A stretch of 64,000 nt of DNA from Octopus sinensis (taxonomy: Eukaryota), in contig NW_021832601.1 in assembly GCF_006345805.1 (NCBI RefSeq), positions 1 through 64,000 of the forward strand. The letters are read 5' to 3'. Positions 47,848-60,999 of this stretch are shown here, piece after piece; the stretch's first letter is position 1; each line of letters opens with the position of its first letter. The position numbers and the translations under genes were made by a program. Under the pieces are notes generated by a model. That model had not been told where the DNA came from. It saw only the letters and a program-made list of their open reading frames with translations, and ran no database searches.

Positions 47848-49083
47848 ATGAAACATTTCCGGTACATTTCAGTACTAAAAATTTCATCAACCTTGTCTTT
47901 AAAAAGTGTACCTCAAGGACCAGATTTATCGTTTTTTCTTAAGACTGCTAAAGAAGAACATAAATTCGCAAAAATTGAAACCAGAACAGGACATCGGTTT
48001 AAATATGATCCCTATTTTACTAGACTACGTCTTCCTTCTTGGCTGCAAACTAAAATTCCTACTGGTAAAGATTACTCAAAGATGAAAATGTCTTTAAAAT
48101 CAGAAAAACTCAGTACAGTTTGCCAGGAAGCCCGTTGTCCAAATATAGAAGACTGTTGGGGCTCAAAAAGTGGAATCTCCACAGCCACAATTATGGTATT
48201 TTGTATATTTTTATTCACTCTTTCACAAAGATAATGGGTTCGGAATGCACACGTGCCTGTCGTTTCTGTTCAATAAAAACAAACCGAAATCCTCCTCCAC
48301 TAGACGAATTGGAACCAATAAAAACAGCCAAATCAATTATGAGTTGGGGTGTCGATTATGTTGTAATTACGTCCGTTGACCGAGATGGTATATTACACTT
48401 ATGTTATATAGACCTTCATGATTATGGAAGTTCTCACTTTGTAAAAACGATCAAAGAGATTAAAAGATTGTTTGAACTTTTGAATGTTTTAAATTCACTA
48501 GAAGTGACAATAAAGTGTTTGTCGAATGTCTTGTCCCAGATTTTGGTGGAAATTACGATTGTATCAATCAAGTTGCAAATTCTGGTCTCGAGGTTTTTGC
48601 CCACAATATCGAAACCGTCCCTGAATTACAACAGTCTGATTTACTTTTCCATTTCTAGCTCAGTGCGAGATCCACGTGCTAACTTTTCTCAATCTTTAGC
48701 CGTTCTAAAACTTGCAAAACAATTTCGTCCGTCATTAATTACTAAGACTTCAATAATGCTCGGACTGGGGGAGAGTGATCAACAGGTTATGAATACTTTG
48801 GAAGGTAAATATATTTTTGGCAACAAAATAGAACTAAGACTAGCTTCTGTTGACTGTCTCACTTTTGGACAATACATGCAGCCTACGAAAAGACATTTAA
48901 AAGTGAAAGAATACGTGACTCCAGAAAAATTCAACTATTGGAAAGAGATTGGCGATAAATTTGGGTTTTTATATACAGCAAGTGGGCCGCTTGTTCGATC
49001 ATCTTACAAAGCTGGTTGATTTAGAATTATAATATAGAACAGGTGAATATTACATTAAAAATATATTAAAAAATTCTATATAA
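47848..49083 (+). CDS. LIAS: Mitochondrial lipoyl synthase; 7 exons, introns 48196-48230, 48388-48411, 48470-48501, 48634-48658, 48805-48831 and 49015-49042
   Basis: [12 protein letters not shown] (CX4CX5C), CTRACRFC (radical SAM), [25 protein letters not shown] and [13 protein letters not shown]. All six GT-AG introns keep the frame. Confidence 0.95.
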
Positions 49084-49358
49084 AAACTTTTTAAATAAAA
49101 TCACAACTTTTTGGAAACGTAGATCTTATATTTTTTACAAGATCATTTATACTTTAAAAATGCTAAAATAAAAAAAATATTTGTTTGAGATCCCAGAATG
49201 ACACGTTATAACTAAAGAAATCCAACTAATATAATATTTACGGACACAGTTTCTTTTATTTCAAATTTCTTTCTAGTTACAAGGGTTTATTCTTCTAGTT
49301 TATAATTGAAGAGCGTTTATAATTTTTTAGTAACAAAATCTCCCAATTAATAAAAATA

Positions 49359-51435
49359 TCAAAATTTTCCATTAAAACAGAATTCCGCCATAATAATTTC
49401 AATATTTCCATCTATAGATGCAATCAAATAATTGTTAGAAGAACTATCCACCCCACACACAACACTTTCCGAATTTTGGGAAACGTATGAGCTTAAAATG
49501 CCAGCCTTATTAATATGCCGACATTTCCCATACTGTAAAAAATTTAAAAATATGCCAAACATTATAAACAACCGAAGACCTATCAAAGTAGGTAAAAAGT
49601 GACTGCGTCCCACAAAGTGAAAACATTTGAGGCGAAGGTAAAATTTGAGGAAAAGTTTTCGGAATCAAATCTCCAAAAAGCACTTCTGTTGCCAACTCTC
49701 CTAGATCGATAATATCAACCACACTATTTTGGTCAATAACGTGGAGCTATAAATAATAAAACATAAATCCACACCATTCCATCATGACTGGTACAATATA
49801 AGACGTTCTTTTCGGGAGAAGTAATTGTCAATATTGGTGTTGAAGAGAGTCGTGTTTGTGAATGCTGCTGTTTCTTATTATCTCTGATATCTTAGCATTA
49901 TTGCTAAATATATAGACCATAAGAATGTAAAACTCCATCGGAGGAACCCACATAAAGAACAAACGGAGATTCTGGCTCGAATAAGAGGGCAACTGGTCCT
50001 TCGTAATCTAAATAAAATGATCTCTATAACTTGATTAAAAATAAAAACTGTTGATTTAAACACATTTGTGTCATAAATGAAAATCTTATCACGTCCAACT
50101 ATTTTGCTGTGCACTGCAAACTGTGCCCCATCTGAATCTCCCACAACGTTAAGGACGCTAAGGTATTAAATGAGTCCCTCCCCACAAACCTGCACGGCTG
50201 TTTGTCAACCCGCACATTTTTTGTATATTCTTTACACCCGACATCAAACAGTCGTAATTGTCCTTCAAGAGAGCCAATTGCTACCTATCCAAGCTACCTT
50301 CCATAATGAATACAAGAGACTCAGTAGTTCCAATCCACTCCACGGATGTTATAACAGATTTTGACGTCAGTGTTTGAATTGTTTGGTTGCTGTCAAAATT
50401 TGGGTGCCATATTCTTAACAGTAATAAAAAGATAATAACCGGGCTATCCCTTCATCGTCAAAACTCGCCACCAAAGTTCCGTTTCGGTTAAACTTTGCTT
50501 GTATTACTCGAGAATTATGTCCAGTATAATTAATCTTTAAATTAAAAAAACGCTATTTAGAATACTTTTTTAAGTATCCTTGATTCGTTTTGAATTTGAT
50601 GCTCATTTAGTTCATCTGATAGAGGAGTATTCTATTTAAGAATAATTAAATAAACTAAAACCTCGACTTGGTCGTCTTCAACATAATTAAAATAATTTTC
50701 GACCATCAAATCGTCTTCTTCATCGTTAGATACATTTAGAACCTAATCTCGTGTATTATAAAAATTTACATACAGAATTTGTATTTAACGTCTGCTCTGG
50801 GACCGAAGTGACTCCAAGGCGAGATTCGTTTACTAATCTGACAAGAGATGGAGGTGATAGGTTCTTGAAGACGAAAACAAGGAAATTATAAAGGGACAGG
50901 GTTGTCGCTTCCTGCCACTGACGGGTAAAATAAGTGGAAAATATTTTAACATTTTCTGGATTTTTGGTGTACGGAAGGACTAAAAATATACAGGATCACA
51001 TAAACCAAGCCAATTTACCCAATCTGGGTTATCAGAAATGATTTGTTGATTTTTTTCAAAAAATTCCCCAATTTTTGTTAATTGTCTGGCAGAAGAAGCT
51101 CTGATGAGATATAGTCGGAGAATTGACGTATGGAGATGTTTAATGGTCTTTTCGTGGAGTTCCATAAATTGGCAGAAAAAATGACTTTGAAGGAAATCCC
51201 AGTAAGACTCGAGGGCTTTCAAATCAAAGTTCGCAATTAAATTCAGAAAATGATCGAGGATCAGCTTAGGCTGAAAATAAAACTATTTAAATTTAACGTG
51301 CATCTGTTTTTTAGGACTGCTAAGTTCATTTGCCAACATTTTTGACGTTAATATAAATCCTCTATAAACTAAATATTCGTTGACCATGTTGTCTAGTTCA
51401 GATATTAGATTGGGAGGTATTCCTGTATTTTTCAT
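49359..51435 (-). CDS. WDR91: WD repeat protein 91, multi-exon
   Basis: MVNEYLVYRGF..LESYWDFLQSHFF..KHLHTSILRLYLI..NPDWVNW..FSTYFTRQWQE..SLYNFL matches the WDR91 N-terminal domain; WD-like exons follow. Confidence 0.85.
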
Positions 51436-52913
51436 TTCACAACAATGAACTAAATAAAGTCATAAACAGCTAACAAAAATAAATGTTAATGTTATTATAC
51501 ATTCACATAGTAATATTTATGAATATTAATTTAATTAATTTTTATAAAATATAATAAAATCAGTATTTTACAAAATCCTCACCTAATTTTATTTGTAAGA
51601 ACTAGTTTGTCGAACCTCATCAACTTTGTTTCTTTCCTTTGTTTTGAACATCCTGAGTTGTTTGAATTTTCGTAGGTATAAGGTTTAACGTTATGCAAGC
51701 ACAGTGCCGGAAGGTTTCTACAGCATATCGTGGAGATGGGAAACGCCATGACAGATGACCATCTTTCTTTTCAAGTGGGGTATGGACGTAATCGGCACAG
51801 AAATCTACGCGCCTACTTTTCTAAACAGCTTAGCATTACTCCAGGATACTTCTCTTCCAGGACAGAAGTTTCGATGATTAAAAAATATAATTATTTCCGG
51901 CATATTTTCTTTTTTGCTCCCCCTACCTTTAAGACCAGTTGTGTCAAGTACGTTATTTTAGAGATCTGGACAAGGATTTTCTCCAAGACCTTTGACCGCC
52001 GCGAAAAAACCTGGCTTTTTAAACGAATTTATTTTGCCAACATCAAAGGCAATTGCAAAAAATCTTTTGTCAAAACAATTTAGCTCATTTTTAAAAATAT
52101 AGCCTTCAAAGTTGTCAAGATTTTCTTTATTTCGACAGGACTAATTATTAATTTCTATAACCAGTGTAACCAATCTATCTTCCATTAATCTCAATTAATC
52201 TATCTCTCGAATTTGAGCTACCCGGTCTATACTAGTTTTACAATAACAGGTTATATATGTCAGAATCAAATTGTTTCAGTGAATTCTAGTCTAAAAATGA
52301 TAAAAATTAACATTGTCGGCAGTTCTGAATTCGATTTAAATTGCTCGAAATTTCCAGAATGTGATTTTATGGTTAAGTCAGCAAAATCTAGGGAAAATAT
52401 ATTGATTAAATAAATAGTCAGAAAAATCATATATTCTGAAACTTGGCTGACACTATAACATGTTATATTAATTTAAGAATTTTATAAATTTAAGAATCAT
52501 GTTAAAGAACTTAATTTAACCAAATTTAAGGAATTTAATAGAATTTTTTCTCGCCGTACAGCTGGGTGATCGAGAGCCTGTTCATGGACTTATCATATGA
52601 GGACATCTGATGGAACGGATCTCCGGATGAGATGTTAAGCTTCCTAGCGTTTGATCAGCCGCACTACAATAAAACGAAACTTTAAAAGAAGAGTAACTAA
52701 TGGTCGTCCTACCTTGGAATTAATTAAAAATAATTAACTCTCTTGCTTTCTCTTCTTTTACAAAATTTTGTGGCTAGCAAAGTGCAACCTTAGGCACTTA
52801 CGTGCTTATAACAAAGCGGAAGTGCTATTTACATTACATTATCTCCAATTCATACACCACAGAATAAATTAAGCAACCGAACATATAAAGAAACAAAGAC
52901 TAAGAATAAGGTA

Positions 52914-53557
52914 TCATTTCTTCATATTATTTAATAAAAATTTCGACTTTTCAGATATTTCTTTATTCAATGTATTTATGACCTCAAGCTTTTTTTTGAA
53001 TTCACGAACTAAATTTCTTATATAATCAGCAGTATCTTTCAGAATCTTATCCTTACTACGTTTATTTTCATTCAAAGTTGGGACAATATCTGAAAGTTTT
53101 TGAAAACAGACGCCCATATTTATTCTCCTTTCTTTCTCTTTCACATTTTGTTTTTTTCGAAAATTTGAAAATTTGCTAAATGTAGAACGTACACTTCGAT
53201 TTAATTCTTTGTTTATTTCAGTGTTATCCTGCATGTTTGGTGACAATGCTACATTATCTAAATATTATATAATACAAATTATATTAAAATTTAACGGTTG
53301 AATAAAATTAATTGAATACCGCTATTCAGATCAACGGGGTGTGCAGAAACGTTTTCTTCAAGAACATGATTACTAATAGAAGCTTCTTGTTGGGTATTCT
53401 CAAAATTAGGAATTAAATAGGAATTATCAAATATATCTTCAAAATCTTGTATAGAATATTCAGGCCACTCATAGTCGTATTTGTTATAATCTATACTATT
53501 TATATGTGAGTTATCCCGATCAGATTCCGAGTTATCAAAGATATTGTGCTCCGACAT
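52914..53557 (-). CDS. bHLH-leucine zipper transcription factor, Myc/Max-network-like, 2 exons
   Basis: RKKQNVKEKERRINMGVCFQKLSDIVPTLNENKRSKDKILKDTADYIRNL followed by a heptad tail; about 38-nt intron near 53258-53295. Confidence 0.75.
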
Positions 53558-54317
53558 TCAAAACGAACCTTACTTACAAATAAAAACTGCCCCAAGCGTA
53601 CATTATTTCTTTTAAATAAAGTTACGTTTCTAATTTCTTTAGTTTATTCATTTCAAAAGAAACAAATTATCAGTTTCTCTTCGCTGAATATATTTATTTA
53701 TACAAGTGAGAGATGATTACATAATCGAATTATGAAATATTCACAAATTATACCTGAATACGTCTCTTTCACTTTAAAAATAAATTATTTTCCAGACAGA
53801 ATATATAACCCGAGGCTTTAAAGAGTATATAACCACAGCAGAATTTATATGTAGGAATTGATCGGATTTGTTGTCCTCGATTAAAAATTAAATGTTTAAA
53901 ATCGCCTAAAATTAATATTTGAACACTATTTAGGTTAATACTTGAATCATATTAAAGTTGATATCTGGTAGGATTATCAAAATAATTAGAGGAATAAACA
54001 TGTATTCCGAAAATTATAATTCAAGAATCACTAGAGTCGAAAATGACATCAACATTTCAAGATTTATTTTTCAAAAAATTCATTCGAATCATTTCATAAA
54101 TTCGGTAAGTCATTCAAAATCGTTTTACTTCGTAACGGAAAAATACAAGAACTTTAAGATCTCAAGTGCGATAAACGTCTAGGTCTCTCGTCAAGAAAAT
54201 TGGCTTCCCTGTCTCAAAGAGAAAACCGATTTGTGAGAAACATGTGGGTTTTTCAAAGATCTCTTTGGCAATTTACATTGTTTTTCCTAGACCTTTAATT
54301 CGATATATTATAATTAA

Positions 54318-56305
54318 TGTGACCGGTTGAATACGAGCCCAGGTTGAATACGAGCCGTTAAAAAAATCGTCAATATTTTTTTAATGAAAAAATTAATCAA
54401 TTAATTAATTTATACCTTTATAATGATTTGTAATTTTAATAATTCTAAATTTTTCACAAATTTTTGTTTTCTTAACGGTTTACGTCAGATAGAATAGTAA
54501 TAGATTGTGGAAAATCCCAGAAAAAACTCAATGTGCTCCGAGCTATTGCGGGGACTTCATTTGGGCAGGATAAGGAAAGTCTAACAACTGTATACAAGCA
54601 GTTTATTAGAACAACTATGAACTACGCCATCCCTGCTTGGGGTTCCTGCTTATCTAATACAAACCTTGAAAAACTTCAGAGAACTCAAAACTCAGCATTA
54701 CGAATTATTACCGGCTGTCTAAAAACGACACCTACCGACCACCTACATTGGGAATCGAAAATCCTTCCAATCAGTGACCATTTTGAAATGCTCGGGCTGC
54801 AATTCCTTGACAAATGCCGAACCCTAAATCACCCTGGCTACTTCCTCTGGCACTCCACTAACAACAGGAGAATAGTTCCGACCCTCGCGGACAAAGTCCG
54901 CAAGCTTATACGATCCCCTCCGGACATTAACCAGAAGGGGATTCACGACCTGGTGGCTACGAGGGCAATCAGATGTCTTGGAATAAACAAGCTTCTGGGA
55001 CGCCTTCCGCCGCCAATTAATAAGATCGAATCCTCCCTCTCAAGAGAAGCCCGAGTGAACTTGGCTCGTCTCCGCTGTGGCCACCATACTGGCCTACACG
55101 ATTATCGCATAAAAATCGGTCTTGGTGAAATAACCCCTTCCTATTCCCTCAACGACCTTTTCTCCTGTCCAGGCCCGCCTTCTACTTCCTCGGAACACCG
55201 GATCACGATCGGGGATCTTTGGGAGCGTCCGACATTGGCCCTAACGTTCTTGTTAGCCACCGGCTTCCTTCAATTGAAGGGGCCGGGGGTAAATAAATAA
55301 ATAAATAGATTTTTCCTCACGTTAGTTTTTTTTTGTTATGAGGGTTGTCCGTTTCAATCTGTTACAAAAGCAAGAAATTATAACCTATCTGAAATATCAA
55401 ATTATACCATCCAATTTGCTAAAGGAGATGCGAAATTTTATAAGAACTGCATCCTTATTCAGATTAACAGAATGATATTTCCTTTTTTAACATCGGCGAT
55501 CGAGTTGTCAGGAGGGTGTATCTTGACAATAATAAAAAAACACGGAAAAGTGCCTTAAATGAGCACATTGATACATTCACATATTATGTTAGAGGAGTAT
55601 CTGCAACAGGAATTGTTGATCTCGAGGCAGAAGATGGTACTGTGATACAAGAAAATAGCAGAGACTTAGCGAGGCTAGAATAGCTTAATCAAAATTTAAT
55701 TCAATAAAATTTATATTTTCAAAAATAAAAATGATGTAGGGAATAATTTGACTAGTTTAAAGCAAACTTGTACACTAGTTTATGTACTAAGATTTTCTTA
55801 CAAATTAATTTAAATAAGATTATTTAAGTGATAACAGGAACAAAGATCTTGTTAAATTATTTCCGAATATGATGAAGAAAAGTTGTTCAGCAATTTTTTT
55901 CTGTTTAATCAAAATTCAATCAATTCTTTTGTCAGATGGCTCGGATCGCTGATCTGTGTACATGAACGACACTCGCAAGACCCAATGGCTGTTTCAGCGT
56001 CTCTCATTGGGGGCTGCGTGGCCTCTTTCCTTCTCCTTTTTATACATACTTTCCGCTTATCAATGAAATGTATATTATCAAAAATTAAAATGATGTAAAT
56101 TATAATTTGCTAATATTGTGAATAATTTGACTAATTTAAAGCAAACTTGGTTTAGATATAAAACTTCATTTTTTAAAAGATTAAAGGTTCAATCATTAGT
56201 ACGCCCCGTTTGCTGTTTTGTCAATTGGCTTTTTTTATCGGTATATTGACTATCGATTTTTTTAACGGCTCGTATTCAACCGTATCTCATTTTCGACCGG
56301 TCACA
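54318..56305 (+). mobile_element. Second Ginger-like element, internally deleted
   Basis: About 58-bp imperfect TIRs TGTGACCGGT..; exact 5-bp TSD ATTAA (54313-54317, 56306-56310). Integrase N-terminal remnant EIITYLKYQIIP..MRNFIRTASLFRL (55338-55475) and C-terminal remnant FNIGDRVVRRVYLDNNKKTRK (to 55683). Confidence 0.78.
54507..55303 (+). mobile_element. 5'-truncated LINE (I/Jockey group) with (TAAA)n tail and 8-bp TSD
   Basis: ORF LRAIAGTSFGQDKE..LQRTQNSALRIITGC..LARLRCGH; TSD AATAGATT at 54499-54506 and 55304-55311. Confidence 0.88.
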
Positions 56306-56804
56306 ATTAATAATTTAAGCACACAAATCAATGAAATAAGATTTTCAATATCTAGATATTTCTAAGTTTGATTAACCTTTATTAAATAGCAACGAAGAAA
56401 ATATTGCATATCAGATTTTAAATCTAAACCTATGCATCCGAGCAAGTTATTATTGTGAAATTAAGAATTTATAAATAATTGAATTTGTTTAGAATTCAAC
56501 ATTTTTATTTATTTTAACAAATTCCAAGACGTCAGAGATACAGAGGCCTTCCACTCCTAATCTGCTCCAAAAAATCGGATCACGGATGGAAAAGTTACTG
56601 GCGACTCATCTGAGCATTGATATCTGACCAACAGGTTTCCCAGGCTATTCGCCAATAACCAAACTAATTAAATAACCCTTTTATTATATAGATTAGAATC
56701 CAATAGGAATTAAATTTTTAAATACAAAGCAACAAACAGAAAAATAAGTAGATGAGTAAAAGGAAGTAAGTTGATAAAGCTAGTAAGAATTTAATATTAA
56801 AGGA

Positions 56805-57077
56805 TTATTTACTATACAGCATTTTTACAAAATCTAAAAATAACCAAAATAATAAACCATCAACATTTAAACGTCCATCCTTATTAATATCGTTTTCAGT
56901 AATCAACACGTCTATTTCCTCGTCAGTAATATCTATCCCAATATCGTTTAGTAAATCTTTCAGTTCAACTTTATTGATGAATCCGTTTCCATTTGTGTCG
57001 AATTGAGAGAAAGCGTTTTGAATTGAAAACTGTTTACTCGTAAATATAAAAAAACTGAATAGAGTAAATAAACGCAT
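56805..57077 (-). CDS. Calmodulin-like protein, only one EF-hand pair visible; 5' structure uncertain
   Basis: AFSQFDTNGNGFINKVEL and ENDINKDGRLNVD|DFVKML, with a 24-nt intron before the last exon. Confidence 0.7.
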   Translation of the reverse strand: MRLFTLFSFFIFTSKQFSIQNAFSQFDTNGNGFINKVELKDLLNDIGIDITDEEIDVLITENDINKDGRLNVDGLLFWLFLDFVKMLYSK

Positions 57078-57568
57078 TATTTTTTGATCAGCAATATACT
57101 TAAATACTCGAATGTTTGTACTAAACTATGTCCTTATGTTTTCATAGTTTTTCTTAAAGTAAGTTTGACCTCTAATTTATTTGGTCTATTTCTTTTAAAA
57201 AATAAATTAACACTCCTTATCTCATCAAACGTGGCAAACATGTGAAATAACTCTCTAATCACGCACATCCCAAAGCCCGGAAAACAAATAAGTGATTTTT
57301 CTTCTTGCGTCCGGTCAAAAGTACCAAAAAACTTATGATAATGTTAATTTTCCATGCTCTACAATTTCCGTATTTTCCAACATGGCTTTAGATCTGGCCG
57401 TCTTAAAGACAAATTTTGGATCTGTCTTTCAAAAAATTACTTTCTTGATGCTCATTGATATGTGAAAAGTCTTTGACCCAACCATGATTAGTATTTGTGC
57501 ACTAATGATTGTACTGTAAAAATGAAACAAAATTATCAAGGAATAGAAAAATATTAGGCAAATTTAAT

Positions 57569-60500
57569 CTATGAATTACTAGATTGGAAAATGATGTCAT
57601 AAATCTGAGAGTAATCATTCACGAAATGTATTCGAATGTCAGACTTAATAGAGTCGGGAAGTTGTTCAAAATCGCTTTGATTCCCCAAAGGCAAAATGAT
57701 TTCATTTATTCCAATACGACGTGCCTACCAAATAAAACATAATTTTTAACCGCCAAAACTTTCTCTTTAATACCACCAACCGGTAAGACACACCCGGTCA
57801 GCGACAGCTCGCCAGTCATGGCCACAGATTGCTTAACAGGCTTTCCCATAGCAGCTGATAACATTGCAGTAGCAAGTGTACACCCAGCTGAAGGACCATC
57901 CTTAGGAGTAGCACCCTTAAAAATTAAAGCACTTAAATAACCTCTGGAACATGTAAGTGTATTCTTCCCTTATTTAATACCAAAAAATCATTATCAGGAT
58001 ATTTTCTCTTCAAGAACGACTGTGATACTGTCAAAGCAATTTCTGAACTCTCTTTCATAACATCTCCCAAATTGCCGGTGAGTAGCAACTGACCTGAGCC
58101 TCCTTCTGGTCGTGGTCGGCATTCGACATACAAAACAGCTCCGCCTATTTATATTAAGCTTAGCATAAGCAAATCAACCAACTGCGGTCCATGCTAATCC
58201 AGTTGTAACTCCAACTGGGGTCTTTTTCCCATAAAAAGTATTTTCTGGATATTTAACTGGACCGATCAAGTCAGCAAGTCGCTCGGGAGTTAAATTCTTT
58301 TCATTAACAGGATTCAGAATAGAATTCAAGGCAGCTTTACGATAAATCCGTTCAATGAGATGATTCAGGTTCCGTACCCCACTTTCTCGAGTATAAAACC
58401 TAATGAGAGTCTGTAACACAGATTTCTCAATAGTTAATTGGTCCAACACAAGTCCAGTATTCTCGCTAATCACTGGAATTAAATGATTCTGAAAATTATA
58501 AGATATTAAAAACGAGAGCAATATTTATTTTTTCATCATCAGTGTAACCACTGAGAGAAATAAGATCCATTCTATCACGGAGTGGAGGAGGGATTGTTGA
58601 TATGTCATTAGCAGTACAAATAAAGAGCAGCTTCAAATGTCAGCAAAATAAAAAACTTTACTCAAATCAATTGGTACATCCATGTAGTGGTCCATGAATG
58701 AGTTGTTTTGCTGAGGATCCAAGACCTCGAGTAAGGCTGAAGCGGGATCCCCCTGATACCCTTTCCCAACTTTGTCAATCTAATTACTTGAGAATATAAC
58801 ATTTCACCTCGTCGATCAAAACCACCGGATTTTGCGAATTTGCTTTTTTAAGACACTGAACTAGCTTTCCAGGCATAGCACCAACATATGTTCTACGATG
58901 TCCCTTTATTTCTGCGACATCAGTCAATCCCCCCACGGAAAAGCGGTAATACTACACGTGTCTATAATCACGAAAAACCTCTCGATTTAAAGCACGGGCA
59001 ATAGACCAACCAATACTTGTTTTACCAACTCCCGGAGGTCCATGAAAACAGAGGATTTTACCATGAGTCGATTTTTTTAGAATACTCACAGCTATAAACT
59101 CCTAAACAATTACTGGAAGGTTGAACTACCAAAATACGATCTTTGGCCTCAGTCATTCCATAATGATCGTGATCAAGGATCTCTCGGGCTTTGACCAAGT
59201 CCAGAGAATCCTCCGTGTACCTTCCCCACGGAATTGACGTCAACCAATCCAAGTAATTTCGAGTCACAGAAAATTCAGCAGAAGAACTCTCCAAGTTCGA
59301 CAACTTTGCAAGTTCTTGTTCAATAACTTCCATTATTGTGACAGGCACTGTCAAGCTTGCTAGCCTTTGACGGAATTTCTCTGAAACACTGTCTTTGTCG
59401 TCTTTGAGAATTCCCAATTCTCGTTTAATAGCTTTGAGTTGTTCGTTAAGCATGTAAGTCCTGTTCTGTTCCTTAACTTTCTCCTCCACCTCGTTCCTTA
59501 TTTTCTGCTGGAGTTGTGCGACTGCCAACTCATTCTTTAAAAGTTCGAGCGTTAATCTCAAACGTTTGGGAATCTACAGAAATCTTCAGTTTGTCACTTA
59601 CATTTGTTTCCTCGAGAACTTTTTGTAGTTCAGGGCTTTCGGCATTAACCAGCGCTGCACCAATATCGCTCACGTACATGGGGTCCTGCAAGGAACGCTC
59701 CATTTTGAAACCTCCTTGCAATAATTGAGACACTGCCTCTCTGAAATAATTAAATTTGGACGACCTAACCGGTAGATTGGGTTAAGCTGTGATATTTCAC
59801 GCACAGTCTGGACTATCTCTTCCATCATTGCTTTTATTTCGATTGTTTTTTCAAAATCTTCGTGTAGTAGGTTTTCAGTTTTTAGCATCAAAATGTCCTT
59901 TTGGTTGTCCTCGGATTTTAGAGGGTCTTGATTCGTAGATTTTTTGATACGCTTAGTAATCTTTGGTTTCTCTCCATTAATGATAGAAGATGCGTCTTCA
60001 GGAAGAACTTGCAAAAGTTTGATTCTATAAAAAATATTAAATTTATATTATTTTATATGTAAGGATATAATTTAATCTGTAATAAATATTTAAATTATAC
60101 CGTCGGTGTGACACTACGAATATTCTTAAGGAAGATCCCACTTCGTGACATTCAACAATATTACAAAAGGACCCCACGGAGTAAATATCTTCTAAGGTAA
60201 CCTGCTTTCCGGAGAAACTTATATATTTAACATTAATATCAACTCATCTTCTTTGAACATGAAGACACCGACATAAGGTAGGTTTAGGCTGATTTTCCTC
60301 CGTATGAGATCAATTAATTTCTTATCTGAAATCTGATTGTTAAAATCTCAAAAATACGTCAATTATTCGAACAAAGCCGGGAAACATTGGACTTTTTCGA
60401 ACAGTCACTAAAGGGACGATTGGAAAATCTTCAGGTATTTTTGTCGAGGTTAGTCCACCGTTAGGAGATTTTGAGTCGTCGCTGGAATTTTTTTTACTCT

Positions 60501-60651
60501 TGTTGGCAGTATTTCCATCAGAACTTAGGAAATGTTGCGATGGTCGGATAAGTGATTGACGAATTGGTAAAAGTGCTGGGCGAGTATATCGAGTCAGTAA
60601 ATTCCTCTTTGTGGTCACAATCCGACATAAAGCTGAAAAACGTTTAAACAT
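57569..60651 (-). CDS. LONP1: Mitochondrial Lon protease, multi-exon
   Basis: Presequence-like N-terminus; PMFPGF; [14 protein letters not shown]; Walker [10 protein letters not shown]; PKDGPSAG catalytic Ser motif; [19 protein letters not shown]. Confidence 0.95.
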
Positions 60652-60798
60652 TTGTTATTCTGTCCCACGTTCCACGATAAGTTTAGCACTTTTAAAATTA
60701 TTAAATTTAAAATATTGCTTTTTGTGATATTAAATAAAATAATATTGTAGAAAATAGCGTTAACTTTATTCCAACAATTTCAGGCATGTCTCTAATTA

Positions 60799-60860
60799 AG
60801 CGGTTCTCAACTGTAGTCTCCAGAAAATTTTTAGTGGTCCCCCAGAATTTTCAAAACCTA
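60799..60860 (+). mobile_element. hAT 5' terminus remnant
   Basis: agcggttctcaac..agtggtcccc, similar to the terminus at 17975-18039. Confidence 0.4.
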
Positions 60861-60999
60861 AAAATATATTAAAGTTAAAACTGATTGTGTAATTAAGTAT
60901 AAACCCAAAACATTGAAATTCACCTAATTCGACTAGCCTTAACCACAATTGTTAAACTTCTCAGTCCTAAATTTCAAATCGATCGATTACGCAATAAAA

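Noticed and set aside
51600-52450. ORFs 51730-52083 and 52213-52413
   Set aside because: Non-ATG starts and no family motifs; the first is likely antisense to a LINE remnant.
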